Assembly (NCBI GenBank): GCA_963766295.1
Contig: CAVXYW010000001.1
Span: forward strand, 666,815 to 730,814
Direction: 5' to 3'
DNA: 64,000 nucleotides
Source: an uncultured Actinomycetes bacterium
GTDB lineage: Bacteria; Actinomycetota; JAICYB01
In this document: positions 17,993-27,733 of the stretch, piece by piece
How positions within the stretch are numbered: position 1 is the first letter of the stretch
Layout: each line of letters starts with the position of its first letter
Notes under the pieces: model-generated
Database searches by the model: none
What the model saw: only the letters and a program-made list of their open reading frames with translations
What the model was told of the DNA's origin: nothing
Position numbers and translations under genes: made by a program

Positions 17993-18832
17993 TTAGGGGT
18001 GCGAACGCAGGGCGGACGTTGTCTTGCTGCTGAAATTGGCGCCGGAGAAACTTCCCGACTGGTTCGACTGTGAACGCACTTGCACCCCGAGGTCGGGTGA
18101 GAACCAACGCGTTTCGTCGGCGGTCGTAGTCAGTTGATTGTTCTTCACTTCCTGCCTGACCTTGACTCGCCACGTCGACCACGTCTTCCCCGCGGCGTCC
18201 TTCACGTTCTCCTTGCCTTCGACGGTGATCTTGAGCGTGCCGCCGCAGGCGTTGCCCTGCCCGGAGAGATTCTGAGTAGGGAACGTTTCCGACTTGATCG
18301 GGATGCGGATGATCTCCAACGGCGCGCTGAAGGTGCACGTCAAGGTCTGGCCGGATTGCTCGACGGTGTAGGAAAGCAACAACACCTTTGATGCTTCCCA
18401 ACGACTCTTCGCTACGACTCGGCCTGCTTGCGCGCTTGATGTCGTTTCGTCGGTGTTCGTGTTTCCGCTGCGGGTGATCCGGGTGGTCGTTTGAGAGCCC
18501 GACGGGAACTTCTGCGGGCCCGGTGCGAACGGAGAGGTTGACTCGCCGGAGATGTCGTAGACGTATCGACCGGCCTTCGGCCGATTGACCTGTCCCTCGG
18601 CCGCCTGGGGAACCTGATCGGAGGGAGCTTGGGTGGCAGCTGGTGCAGCCGTGCCGGCAGCCGTCGGTGACGGTGTGGCCGACGCGGTCGGGGTCGCGGT
18701 CGCCGCGGCGGTAGCCGTCGCGCGAGGAGCGGCAGTGCTTTCGGTGAGCTGGGATAGATCTCCGCCTTCGCGCCCACATGCCACCAGGACGAATCCGAAC
18801 GCGACGGCGCTGATGAGCATCTTCTTGCGCAT
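17993..18832 (-). CDS. secreted lipoprotein of unknown function, paralogue B
   Basis: Real start MRKKMLISAVAFGFVLVACG at ATG 18832 with a GGAGGA RBS. Has an Ala/Thr/Pro-rich linker then a domain paralogous to 17297..17989. The 511-aa track ORF is an N-terminal over-extension. Confidence 0.6.
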   Translation of the reverse strand: MRKKMLISAVAFGFVLVACGREGGDLSQLTESTAAPRATATAAATATPTASATPSPTAAGTAAPAATQAPSDQVPQAAEGQVNRPKAGRYVYDISGESTSPFAPGPQKFPSGSQTTTRITRSGNTNTDETTSSAQAGRVVAKSRWEASKVLLLSYTVEQSGQTLTCTFSAPLEIIRIPIKSETFPTQNLSGQGNACGGTLKITVEGKENVKDAAGKTWSTWRVKVRQEVKNNQLTTTADETRWFSPDLGVQVRSQSNQSGSFSGANFSSKTTSALRSHP

Positions 18833-18942
18833 AAATCCTCCAGGTCGAGCCATCGCTGAGGCGCTTTGTGCCGAAGCGAGTGATGGAGAACAGTGTCCCA
18901 AAACGCGGCTGGGCTGTCCCAGGTCGTTCCTAAGCTCGCGGG

Positions 18943-20286
18943 GTGGTGAAAACCAAGGTCGAGGCCGCTTGCCAGTCGTGCGGCGCCCGGATGCCGAGGT
19001 GGGTTGGACGGTGTCCGGAGTGCGGCGAGTTCGGCACGGTCGTCGAAGAGCGCATCGCACCGCCCAGCGTTGCCGTCCGCGAAGTTGCGACGCTGCCTCT
19101 GGCCGCGCAGGACCACGAGGCGGCCGATCGGATCCCAACGGGGATCGACGAGGTCGACCGCGTTCTCGGTGGCGGCATCGTGCCCGCGGGCGTCGTGTTG
19201 TTGGCCGGAGAGCCGGGAGTCGGCAAGTCGACGCTGAGCCTTCAGATCGCGATGTCGCTCGGCACATCGCGCGAGGTGCTTTTGGTGTGCGGGGAAGAAG
19301 CGCCACAACAGGTGAAGGCACGTGCGATGCGGCTCGGCCCGATACCGGAGGGTGTGCGTACTCTCGCCGACCCCGAGCTGCCGGCCGTGCTCGGTGCGAT
19401 ACAGGGATCCGGTGCGTCCGTTGTAATCGTCGATTCGATCCAAACCATCTTCGATCCCGACATACCGTCGGCGCCCGGTTCGGTTTCTCAGGTCCGTGAG
19501 TGCGGCGCGCGTTTGGTTCGGGCGGCACGCGACAACGGTGTCACCGTCATCCTCGTCGGACACGTCACAAAAGAAGGAGTCGTAGCCGGACCTCGCGTGC
19601 TCGAGCATCTCGTCGATGTCGTCCTGAACTTCGAGGGTGATCGCTCGAGTGGAGTGCGCGTGCTCCGCGGGTTGAAGAACCGTTTCGGTTCGACGCAGGA
19701 AGCAGGGTTCTTCCACATGGCTTCGGACGGCCTACTGCCGATCCGCGATGCGAGCGCATACCTTCTGGCCGATCGCCACGTCGGTAATCCCGGATCGATG
19801 CTCGCGGCTTGCGTCGAGGGCCGCAGGCCTTTCGTGTGCGAGGTGCAAGCGCTCATCCAGGCAGCCAATTCCGGTCCGATGGCACGGCGTACCGCCGTCG
19901 GGGTTGACGCATCACGTTTACCGCTTTTGGTTGCCGTTTTGGAGCGTCGTGGCGGCGTTGCTCTTAGCCGAAACGACGTATACGTGTCCGCCGTTGGTGG
20001 GATACGAATATCCGAACCTGCATGCGACCTGCCCATCGCTTTGGCGATGGTTTCGTCCTGGCGCGGCAAACCACTTCCGGACGATGCCGTTGCGTTCGGA
20101 GAGATCGGATTAGCCGGAGAGATCCGACAAGTCGCCCAGGGCGATCGCCGCCTGCACGAAGCGCGCAGTGTCGGATGCAAACATGCATTTGTGCCGCATA
20201 ACTTCACAAGCGAATTAGAAGGTGTAACTTTGCATCGTTTACGTCACATAAGCGACGCGTTAGCACTAATCAGCAAACAGTGGTAA
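18943..20286 (+). CDS. radA: DNA repair protein RadA/Sms
   Basis: N-terminal zinc ribbon CQSCGARMPRWVGRCPECGEF, Walker A GEPGVGKST, a KNRFG motif and a C-terminal Lon-like domain. Confidence 0.9.
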   Translation: MVKTKVEAACQSCGARMPRWVGRCPECGEFGTVVEERIAPPSVAVREVATLPLAAQDHEAADRIPTGIDEVDRVLGGGIVPAGVVLLAGEPGVGKSTLSLQIAMSLGTSREVLLVCGEEAPQQVKARAMRLGPIPEGVRTLADPELPAVLGAIQGSGASVVIVDSIQTIFDPDIPSAPGSVSQVRECGARLVRAARDNGVTVILVGHVTKEGVVAGPRVLEHLVDVVLNFEGDRSSGVRVLRGLKNRFGSTQEAGFFHMASDGLLPIRDASAYLLADRHVGNPGSMLAACVEGRRPFVCEVQALIQAANSGPMARRTAVGVDASRLPLLVAVLERRGGVALSRNDVYVSAVGGIRISEPACDLPIALAMVSSWRGKPLPDDAVAFGEIGLAGEIRQVAQGDRRLHEARSVGCKHAFVPHNFTSELEGVTLHRLRHISDALALISKQW

Positions 20287-20297
20287 ACTCATCAACA

Positions 20298-20792
20298 ATG
20301 GCGCGGCGCAAGAAGTACAAAGTTGGCGACCAAGTTGTTTATCCACAACACGGGGTCGCAACCATCCAGAAGATCGAGGACAAGAACGTTCTCGGTGAAA
20401 ATCAGGAATACCTCGTCCTGGAGCTCGACGAGGGCGACCTGACTCTGATGGTTCCTGCTGCCTCCGTCGAGGAGGTCGGCATCCGCAACCTCATCGGCAA
20501 GGACCAGGTCGAAGAGGTGCTGAAGGTCCTCCGCAAGGCGAAGGTCACCGACGGCGCCGACAACTGGTCACGCCGCTTCAAGGCCAACTCCGAGAAGCTC
20601 CGTTCCGGCGACATCCAGATGGTCGCCGAAGTCGTCCGAAACCTCAGCATCCGCGACCGCCAGAAGGGTTTGTCCACAGGCGAGCGCCGGATGCTGAACC
20701 GGGCCCGCAAGATCCTGTCCGGCGAGATCGCCGTTGCCCTTAAGCTCAACGGCGAAGAGGCCGAAGACGTACTTGAGAAGGCCTTGAGCTAG
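20298..20792 (+). CDS. carD: CarD family transcriptional regulator
   Basis: MARRKKYKVGDQVVYPQHGVATIQKIEDKNVLGENQEYLVLE is the CarD/TRCF RNA polymerase-interacting domain. ATG is at 20298. Confidence 0.85.
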   Translation: MARRKKYKVGDQVVYPQHGVATIQKIEDKNVLGENQEYLVLELDEGDLTLMVPAASVEEVGIRNLIGKDQVEEVLKVLRKAKVTDGADNWSRRFKANSEKLRSGDIQMVAEVVRNLSIRDRQKGLSTGERRMLNRARKILSGEIAVALKLNGEEAEDVLEKALS

Positions 20793-20829
20793 GCCGACTC
20801 ACGCGATCCGCCGCGGACAATTCCAAAGC

Positions 20830-21900
20830 ATGCTCATCGAGGCCCTGAGGCTTATCGTTGTTGTGGCCGTCGTTCTGGCGGCCAACCGGCTCGCGTCTGC
20901 GAATCCGTCGATCGGCGGTGACGCCAGCCCGGAAACCGTCGTGCTAATCGTCACCGCGCTAGGTGCGGGCGTCGGCTATCTGCTTGGAGGTTTCCTAGCG
21001 CGCGCGGTCGATCGTTTGATGCGGAAGGGCGAAGAACACGTCTCGCACCACCACGCATCGGAGATCGTTGCGGCCACCGTGGGTTTGCTCGTCGGAGGTA
21101 TCGCTTCGGCCTTCATCATCTGGCCCGTCCTGGTTTTCGTTCATCCGACCTATGTGGCGCTGGCCATTTCGGCCTTCGTCGCGATCGTGCTGCTGACGTT
21201 CACCTCGCGCCTTGCCGTGCGTAAGCGTCTCGAGCTCTTCGGAGTGCTCGGCGTGACGCCCGGAAACGAGGGCGCATCGGGTGGCTGCCTGCTCGATACC
21301 TCCGCGGCTATCGACGGTCGCGTGCTCGCTTTGTACCGTGCGGGACTGTTGCCTCAGCCGTTGTGCGTCCCTTCCTTCGTTTTGTGGGAGATGCAGGGGA
21401 TCGCCGATTCGGAAGATCCTTTGCGCCGGCGACGCGGCCAGCGTGGTCTAGACGTGCTGGCTTCACTGCGCGAGGCCGGAGCCACCGTCCGCGTGATCGA
21501 CGAGGACCCGGCTGCGACAACCGATCCCGATGCGAAGCTCGTCGTTGTTGCGCGGCGGCGGGGTATGCCGATCGTCACTTCGGACGGGAACCTCGCCAAG
21601 GTTGCCGAATTGCAGGGGGTCGGGGTCTTGAGTCTCCATCGTCTGGCCGAACTTCTTCGTCCGCCGGTTCTTCCCGGAGAAACGACCAAGGTCCGGCTCG
21701 TCCGGGCCGGTCGCGGACCGGGCCAAGGCGTCGGTTTCCTAGATGACGGCACCATGGTTGTCGTCGAAGGTGGGAACCGGCAATTGGGCGAGGAGGTCGA
21801 GGTCGAAGTGACGAGCGTTCTTTCCAACGACACCGGACGGATGTTGTTCGGCAAACTCCCCGGAGAGCAAGGCCACCAAGGACTAAGAGAAGTTCGTTGA
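20830..21900 (+). CDS. PIN/TRAM domain membrane protein (YacL-like)
   Basis: N-terminal TM helices, then a PIN-like domain (LDTSAAIDGR) and a C-terminal TRAM-like domain (KVRLVRAGRGPGQGVGFLDDGTMVVVEGG). It sits between carD and ispD, as yacL does in Firmicutes. Confidence 0.65.
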   Translation: MLIEALRLIVVVAVVLAANRLASANPSIGGDASPETVVLIVTALGAGVGYLLGGFLARAVDRLMRKGEEHVSHHHASEIVAATVGLLVGGIASAFIIWPVLVFVHPTYVALAISAFVAIVLLTFTSRLAVRKRLELFGVLGVTPGNEGASGGCLLDTSAAIDGRVLALYRAGLLPQPLCVPSFVLWEMQGIADSEDPLRRRRGQRGLDVLASLREAGATVRVIDEDPAATTDPDAKLVVVARRRGMPIVTSDGNLAKVAELQGVGVLSLHRLAELLRPPVLPGETTKVRLVRAGRGPGQGVGFLDDGTMVVVEGGNRQLGEEVEVEVTSVLSNDTGRMLFGKLPGEQGHQGLREVR

Positions 21901-22568
21901 GGGGAGTCGTTCTCCTCCTCGCCGCCGGCGAGGGAACTCGGTTGGATCATGCGGGTCCCAAAGCCTTCGTCGAGTTAGGCGGCAAGTCTCTGCTTCGCCG
22001 AGCAGCGGACAGTGCAGCATCCGCGGATCGCGTCGACTCGATCGTCGTCGCCGTGTCGGCGGGATCCGAACATCGCGCGTCTTCTGATCTGCATGGTCTG
22101 AGCAAACCAGTGAGTGTCGTTGCCGGTGGCTCCACGCGGCAGGCGTCCGCTGTAGCGGCTTTGGAGGCCGCGCCGGAAACCGAAGCCTTTGCAATTCACG
22201 ACGCCGCGCGTGCGCTGTGCTTGCCGCTGCTGTTCGACTCGACTCTTCTCGCATTAGACGATTGGGAAGCGGTATGTCCCGTTGTTCCGGTGTCGGACAC
22301 GATCAAGGAGGTGTCCGAGCCCGGCGTCGTCACCTCCACTCTCGATCGGAGCAAGCTGGTGGCCGTGCAAACACCGCAAGCCATCCGGGCCGATCTTTAT
22401 CGGCGGGCGCATTCGAACGCCGCCGCAACCGGATTCGTTGGTACCGATGACGTCTCGCTGGTGGAGCGTTTGGGGGTCGATGTGCACGTCATCGATGGGG
22501 ACTCCGCGAACATAAAGGTGACCACCAAGCACGACCTGCTCGTCGCCGCGGCCATGCTCCAACGATGA
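21897..22568 (+). CDS. ispD: 2-C-methyl-D-erythritol 4-phosphate cytidylyltransferase
   Basis: LLLAAGEGTRL and VQTPQA motifs. TTG start overlaps the previous stop. Confidence 0.85.
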   Translation: MRGVVLLLAAGEGTRLDHAGPKAFVELGGKSLLRRAADSAASADRVDSIVVAVSAGSEHRASSDLHGLSKPVSVVAGGSTRQASAVAALEAAPETEAFAIHDAARALCLPLLFDSTLLALDDWEAVCPVVPVSDTIKEVSEPGVVTSTLDRSKLVAVQTPQAIRADLYRRAHSNAAATGFVGTDDVSLVERLGVDVHVIDGDSANIKVTTKHDLLVAAAMLQR

Positions 22569-23038
22569 GAGCAGGGATCGGCTTCGACGTGCACGCCTTC
22601 GATCCAAAACGGCCCCTCGTTCTCGGCGGAGTGACGATCCCGGATGCGCCGGGTCTAGCCGGTCACTCCGATGCCGATGTCTTGTGCCATGCGATCGCCG
22701 ATGCCCTGCTCGGCGCCGCCGCGCTCGGTGACATCGGCGAGCATTTCCCCGATACGGACGAACGATGGAAGGGCGTCTTGAGCCTCGAAATCTTGCGTGA
22801 CGTTGTTTCAAAGGTGACGGAACGCGGATATGCGATCAGCTCGATCGACGCGACCGTTTTGATCGAGGCACCGAAGCTCGCGCCTCATCGAAGTGAGATT
22901 CGCGCCGCGATATCTGGCGCCTTGGGTGTCGATCCTGATCGGGTGAACGTAAAGGCAACGACGACAGAGGGGCTGGGCCCGATCGGCCGGGGAGAGGGAG
23001 CGGCCTGCATGGCCGTTGCTCTCCTAATGGACGACTGA
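22565..23038 (+). CDS. ispF: 2-C-methyl-D-erythritol 2,4-cyclodiphosphate synthase
   Basis: GIGFDVHAF...GHSDADVLCHAI...DIGEHFPDTD are IspF signature residues. ATGA overlap with ispD. Confidence 0.9.
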   Translation: MRAGIGFDVHAFDPKRPLVLGGVTIPDAPGLAGHSDADVLCHAIADALLGAAALGDIGEHFPDTDERWKGVLSLEILRDVVSKVTERGYAISSIDATVLIEAPKLAPHRSEIRAAISGALGVDPDRVNVKATTTEGLGPIGRGEGAACMAVALLMDD

Positions 23039-23054
23039 CCTTATCTTGACGGTC

Positions 23055-24428
23055 ATGGGTCTGCGCTTCGAGAACACACTCGACGGTGAGAAGAAGGACT
23101 TCGAGCCGCTAGAACCCGCCACCGCGAAGATCTACGTCTGCGGGCCGACCGTCTACGACGTACCTCACATAGGGCATGCGCGCGCTGCGATTGTTTTCGA
23201 CGTCCTGCGCCGGCACCTCATGTGGCGCGGCTTCAATGTGCTGTTCGTTCGAAACATCACCGATGTGGACGACAAGCTGATCAACAAGGCGAACGAGTCG
23301 GGTGAGTCGACGGCCGTCGTCGCGGAGCGATACACGCGAGTTTACGAGGACGCCCTGCGGATGCTCGGTGTTCTCCCGCCCGACGTCGTGCCGCGGGCTT
23401 CGGGCCACATCACGGAGATGATCGACCTGATCCAGAAGCTGGTGGACGGCGGACACGCCTACCCCGGCGAGGGGAGCGTGTATTTCGCGGTCGAGTCCTT
23501 CAAGGATTACGGGAAGCTTTCCGGGCGCGGGCTCGACGATCTCGCGAACCGCGAACGCGTCGAGCCCGCGCCGGGGAAGCGCCATCCGCTCGACTTCGCG
23601 CTGTGGAAGGCGGCCAAACCGGGCGAGCCGTCGTGGCCGTCGCCCTGGGGGCCGGGACGTCCGGGCTGGCACATCGAGTGCTCGGCGATGTCGGCCAAGT
23701 ACCTCGGCCAGCCCTTCGACATACACGGCGGCGGTGCAGACCTGATCTTCCCCCATCACGAGAACGAGATCGCGCAGTCAGAGGCTGCTTTCGAGAAACC
23801 TTTTGCGCGCTACTGGCTGCACAACGGCCACGTGAAGTTCGGCGGCGAGAAGATGTCGAAGTCTTTGAAGAACTACATCAACGTGCAGGAGGTGCTCGAG
23901 GATTACTCGGCCAACGTCCTGCGACTATTCTTCTGCCAGGCGCACTACCGCTCTCAGATCGACTACGGGCCCGAAGCTCTGGACGAAGCGAAGGCGGTGT
24001 GGGATCGATTCGCTTCTTTCCTTCGCGCTTCTCGCTCGGACGCTCCACAGGCGGAGGTTGATAACAGTGACAAGCTCGCAGCTTTCGGCGCCGCCCTCGA
24101 CGACGACCTGAATACACCGCGGGCGCTAACCGAGCTGCACGAGATCGTGTCCCGCGGAAACCGTGCGTTGGAGTCCGGCGACGAGGCCGCGGCAGCTTCG
24201 GAGCGCGCAGCTCTCGTCGAAGGTCTGGGTGTTCTCGGGTTGTCCGCCGACGCTGAAGATAGGAGCAGCGAAGTTGTTGGTCCTCTGGTCCAGCTGTTGC
24301 TCGAACAGCGGGAGCAGGCACGAGCCGACAAGGACTTCGCGCGCGCCGATCAGATCCGTGATCGTCTCGTCGAGATCGGGGTCCGCGTCGAGGACTCTGC
24401 GTCCGGGCCGCGCTGGTTCTTGGAGTGA
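23055..24428 (+). CDS. cysS: cysteine--tRNA ligase
   Basis: HIGHARAAIVFD (HIGH) and KMSKSLKN (KMSKS) motifs. ATG is at 23055. Confidence 0.9.
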   Translation: MGLRFENTLDGEKKDFEPLEPATAKIYVCGPTVYDVPHIGHARAAIVFDVLRRHLMWRGFNVLFVRNITDVDDKLINKANESGESTAVVAERYTRVYEDALRMLGVLPPDVVPRASGHITEMIDLIQKLVDGGHAYPGEGSVYFAVESFKDYGKLSGRGLDDLANRERVEPAPGKRHPLDFALWKAAKPGEPSWPSPWGPGRPGWHIECSAMSAKYLGQPFDIHGGGADLIFPHHENEIAQSEAAFEKPFARYWLHNGHVKFGGEKMSKSLKNYINVQEVLEDYSANVLRLFFCQAHYRSQIDYGPEALDEAKAVWDRFASFLRASRSDAPQAEVDNSDKLAAFGAALDDDLNTPRALTELHEIVSRGNRALESGDEAAAASERAALVEGLGVLGLSADAEDRSSEVVGPLVQLLLEQREQARADKDFARADQIRDRLVEIGVRVEDSASGPRWFLE

Positions 24429-25294
24429 AGCGACCGAGACCTCCACGCGACCGGCGCAGAGGCGAGCGCGATGCACGCCGGGATCCAGCCGGCGATCGGC
24501 GACGGGAAGTGCGCCGACAACCTCGGGACGCTACGCGCCAAAGAACGGGTTCGTCCCGTCTGTATCAGATCGAGGGACGACACCCGGTGGTCGAAGCGCT
24601 CCGCGCCGATCGTCCCATCAAGGAAGTTCTCATCGCTTCGCAATCGAGGCCGGCGAAGATCCTCGACGAGATCGTGGACCTCGCCGGTCGCGCAGGCGTT
24701 CGTGTTCGCGAGGTAACCAATCGCGAGATAGACGAGCGCGCCCGCACGCGGGCGCCGCAAGGTGTTATCGCCGTCGTTCCGCCGTTCGACTACTCGTCTC
24801 TCGATTCACTGTTGAAAAGGATCGATGACGAACGCGGTCCCGCTCTGCTCGTTGCTCTGGACGAAGTCACAGACCCGCAGAACTTCGGGGCGATAGCGCG
24901 GTCGGCCGAAGGCGCCGGTGCGCACGGCCTGATCATCGGACGCCGCCGCGCTGCGCCGGTGACGGCGGCCGTCGAAAAGACGGCGGCCGGAGCGTTGGCC
25001 TACCTGCCCGTGGCGCAGGTTCCGAACCTTCCGCGAGCGCTCGAAGAGCTCAAGGAGCGCCGTATCTGGGTTGTCGCACTGGACGGCGACGCAAGCCAAA
25101 CGATCTATGACCTCGACGTAGCAACCGAGCCGCTGTGCATCGTCGTTGGCAGCGAGGGCAAAGGCGTTTCCCGGCTCGTGCGCGACCGTGCCGATGTCGC
25201 TGTGCGGATCCCAATGTCGGGGCAGGTCGAAAGCCTCAACGCATCGGCTGCGTCCGCGATCGCGCTGTTCGAGATCGCCCGGCAACGCAGATGA
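24425..25294 (+). CDS. rlmB: 23S rRNA (guanosine-2'-O-)-methyltransferase RlmB / TrmH family
   Basis: SpoU/TrmH-type methyltransferase motifs (VVGSEGKGVSRLV, VRIPMSGQVESLNASAAS). Has an arginine-rich N-terminal extension. GTG start overlaps the cysS stop. Confidence 0.75.
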   Translation: MKRPRPPRDRRRGERDARRDPAGDRRREVRRQPRDATRQRTGSSRLYQIEGRHPVVEALRADRPIKEVLIASQSRPAKILDEIVDLAGRAGVRVREVTNREIDERARTRAPQGVIAVVPPFDYSSLDSLLKRIDDERGPALLVALDEVTDPQNFGAIARSAEGAGAHGLIIGRRRAAPVTAAVEKTAAGALAYLPVAQVPNLPRALEELKERRIWVVALDGDASQTIYDLDVATEPLCIVVGSEGKGVSRLVRDRADVAVRIPMSGQVESLNASAASAIALFEIARQRR

Positions 25295-25307
25295 CGCGGT
25301 TGAAAAC

Positions 25308-25664
25308 ATGACCGAAGAGCTGTGGCTGGCTGAAAAGATCGAGGCTTCCAAAGACGTAGGCATCCGGATCACGTGGGAGGACGCGCATGTTTCTCATTGG
25401 GACCTCGCAACGATCCGCGGCGCCTGCGGTTGTGCGACATGTCACGAGCTTCGTGCCGAGGGTAAGCCGGTCTATTTGAAGGACGCAGGAGAACTAGATG
25501 TCCTCGATGCCGAGCTCGTCGGATCTTACGGCGTGAACTTCCACTGGAACGACGGACACCGAACGGGCATCTACCGATGGGAGGATCTGCGGGAGGGGTG
25601 TCCGTGCGACGAATGCCGGACGCAGCGTCGCGTCGACGGACGGGCTAATCCTCTCGATCGCTGA
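25308..25664 (+). CDS. DUF971 (gamma-butyrobetaine hydroxylase-like N-terminal) domain protein
   Basis: CGCATCHE and CPCDEC cysteine motifs, 118 aa, ATG 25308. The longer track ORF overlaps rlmB. Confidence 0.5.
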   Translation: MTEELWLAEKIEASKDVGIRITWEDAHVSHWDLATIRGACGCATCHELRAEGKPVYLKDAGELDVLDAELVGSYGVNFHWNDGHRTGIYRWEDLREGCPCDECRTQRRVDGRANPLDR

Positions 25665-26664
25665 CGACTCCTTTTCCGTTGAAGACCTGTAGCTCGCCGG
25701 TCCAGGAGATCGTCGAAAGTGCACCGGGCCGCGATGCTCCGCCCGCGATGAATAGATGGTCGGAGATGACGCCGAAACCGCTGCCGTGAACCGGAAGCGG
25801 CGGCTGTTGCCATCGACGCCACCGCCCCGTTGGCGTGTCGAGCGCGACGTGGGTCGAAATGACGTGGCCTCCCAGTAAGCCGGGATCCTCTCCACCGACC
25901 ACGTGGAGGATGTCGTCCACTTCACCGACGGCCATCGCGCTCATCGGTTGGGTCAAGTTGGGTCCGCGTTCCCACTTGTCATCCTCGGGGTCGTAAACGT
26001 CGACACGACGAGTCGGACTACCGCTCCTGCCTCCGATCGCCCAGATCTTGCCCTTCCAGTTGGCTGCTCGGAGATGATCGCGGCCGCTCGGCAGCGACGC
26101 GCCCGTCGTCCAGCGATCCGACTTCGGATCGTAGATGAGGGTTCGGTCCGTTCGTCCAACTCCCCCCACGACGTACAACCTTCCGCGGAACGCAACCATC
26201 GCGTGGCCCTGGCGACCTTCGGGCATGGGAGCGAGCTTCTCCCATCGGCCTCCCGGCGACGAACGCCAAAAGTCTCGTCGCGCGCTCCAGTTGGTTACAC
26301 CCGATGCGCCGCCGGAGACGTAGATCCGTCCGCCCGTTGCGGCAGCAGCGGCATGGTGTCGTCCCTCGGGCAGCGGCCTCCCGCTGCGCCAAGAGTTTTC
26401 GGCGGCGTCGAAGACGCTTACAGCTTTGGACGTGGTTGTTACGCCGCGCAATCCACCGGCGACCACTAGTTCGTTCTCTACGGTTGCGGCGGCCACCTCA
26501 CCTCGGGGGCTAGGCATGTCCTTACCGGTCTGCCATCCGGGCTGAGCCGAAGGATCGGGATTCGTCGCGCGCAGCACGAGCAATCCGAACGCGACGCCGA
26601 CGACGACAAGGATCAAGCCAGCGGCGAGAACCTTCAGGATCGTACGGATGCGTCGTCCAAACAT
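25645..26664 (-). CDS. Kelch-repeat beta-propeller protein with an N-terminal membrane anchor
   Basis: N-terminal TM (LKVLAAGLILVVVGVAFGLLVL) and repeated GG/RxxH...VVGG Kelch-like blades. Confidence 0.6.
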   Translation of the reverse strand: MFGRRIRTILKVLAAGLILVVVGVAFGLLVLRATNPDPSAQPGWQTGKDMPSPRGEVAAATVENELVVAGGLRGVTTTSKAVSVFDAAENSWRSGRPLPEGRHHAAAAATGGRIYVSGGASGVTNWSARRDFWRSSPGGRWEKLAPMPEGRQGHAMVAFRGRLYVVGGVGRTDRTLIYDPKSDRWTTGASLPSGRDHLRAANWKGKIWAIGGRSGSPTRRVDVYDPEDDKWERGPNLTQPMSAMAVGEVDDILHVVGGEDPGLLGGHVISTHVALDTPTGRWRRWQQPPLPVHGSGFGVISDHLFIAGGASRPGALSTISWTGELQVFNGKGVVSDRED

Positions 26665-26737
26665 CCGGGGTTAGGGTAACGGGCGCTTTGGGACCATCGC
26701 CTAGGCACTATTACCCGGTACCCGACAGGAGAACTCT

Positions 26738-27598
26738 TTGACCGAGCAGCCCGAGCGCTGGAGCCTCGACCGGCTTGTTGGTCTTTTCGACCTCGAAGAG
26801 TTCGGGGAGGATTCCTTTCGCGCACCGAATCCGACGCGAGGTCCGTGGACCCGTGTCTTCGGCGGCCAGGTGGCAGCGCAAGCGGTTCGTGCTGCGCAAC
26901 TCACCGTGTCTGCCGACCGTCCCATCCATTCGCTCCACGCTTACTTCATACGACCAGGCCGTCCGGGGGAGCCGATCGACATGCTCGTTGAGCGTCCGCG
27001 CGATGGGAAGTCGTTCACGTCTCGTCGAGTGAAGGCGGTTCAGTTCGACGAGGTGATCTTCGACATGATCGCCTCTTTCCACAGGACCGAGACCGGCCCC
27101 GAGTACCAGATCCCGATCACCGATGACGTTCCCGCACCGGAGGACGCGCCGGAGCCGGAGGGGATGTTCGGACGGATGCGCTCGATGATGCCGTTCGATA
27201 TGCGGGAGCTCGGTCCGACGGAACCGGTTGACGGTGTCTACCGGTCGACTCGCCGTGCATGGTTCAAGACGGCGGGGGAGCTTCCGGACGACCCGGCACT
27301 GCATGCCTGCGTTCTCGCATTCGCGTCCGATATGGGTGTTGTGTCGGCGGCGCGCGTTCCCGTAGCCGGCGAAGCGGAGTGGGAGAGGTTCATGGGAGCG
27401 AGTCTCGACCATACGGTGTGGTTCCACCGCGCGATCCGAGCGGATGAGTGGATCCTGTTCGACCTGCGCACGATCTCGAGTTACGGAGCACGCGGACTGG
27501 CCGCCGGGACGATGCACGCGCAGTCTGGGAACCTCGGTGTGTCCGTCGCCCAGGAAGCGCTGATTCGTCCCCTCTCCGCCGAAAAGCCGCCGTCTTAG
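26738..27598 (+). CDS. tesB: acyl-CoA thioesterase II
   Basis: WSLDRLVGLFDLEE...FGGQVAAQAV and a double hotdog TesB pattern. TTG start. Confidence 0.8.
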   Translation: MTEQPERWSLDRLVGLFDLEEFGEDSFRAPNPTRGPWTRVFGGQVAAQAVRAAQLTVSADRPIHSLHAYFIRPGRPGEPIDMLVERPRDGKSFTSRRVKAVQFDEVIFDMIASFHRTETGPEYQIPITDDVPAPEDAPEPEGMFGRMRSMMPFDMRELGPTEPVDGVYRSTRRAWFKTAGELPDDPALHACVLAFASDMGVVSAARVPVAGEAEWERFMGASLDHTVWFHRAIRADEWILFDLRTISSYGARGLAAGTMHAQSGNLGVSVAQEALIRPLSAEKPPS

Positions 27599-27630
27599 AA
27601 CCCGATATCAGACGGTACGCTGGATGCTCT

Positions 27631-27703
27631 GCCGGGTTAGCTCAGTGGTAGAGCAGCGGTTTTGTAAACCGCAGGTCGTCGGTTCAATCCCGACACCCGG
27701 CTC
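27631..27703 (+). tRNA. tRNA-Thr (anticodon TGT)
   Basis: Cloverleaf by hand: acceptor GCCGGGT/ACCCGGC, D-stem GCTC/GAGC, anticodon stem GCGGT/ACCGC with loop TTTGTAA (anticodon TGT), T-arm GTCGG-TTCAATC-CCGAC, discriminator T. CCA is not encoded. Confidence 0.8.
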
Positions 27704-27733
27704 GGTTTCATAGGACAGGTAGTCTGCATTCCG

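Noticed and set aside
17898-19716. Long antisense ORFs opposite the lipoprotein B and radA genes (17898..18779 -, 18412..19716 -, 18633..19499 +)
   Set aside because: They are Arg/Pro/Ala/Gly-rich low-complexity translations typical of high-GC alternate frames, with no recognisable domains.
27631-27703. tRNA-Thr as a genomic-island integration site
   Set aside because: No integrase, recombinase, direct repeat of the tRNA 3' end or compositional shift was found nearby. The flanking genes are thioesterases and acyl-CoA metabolism genes.
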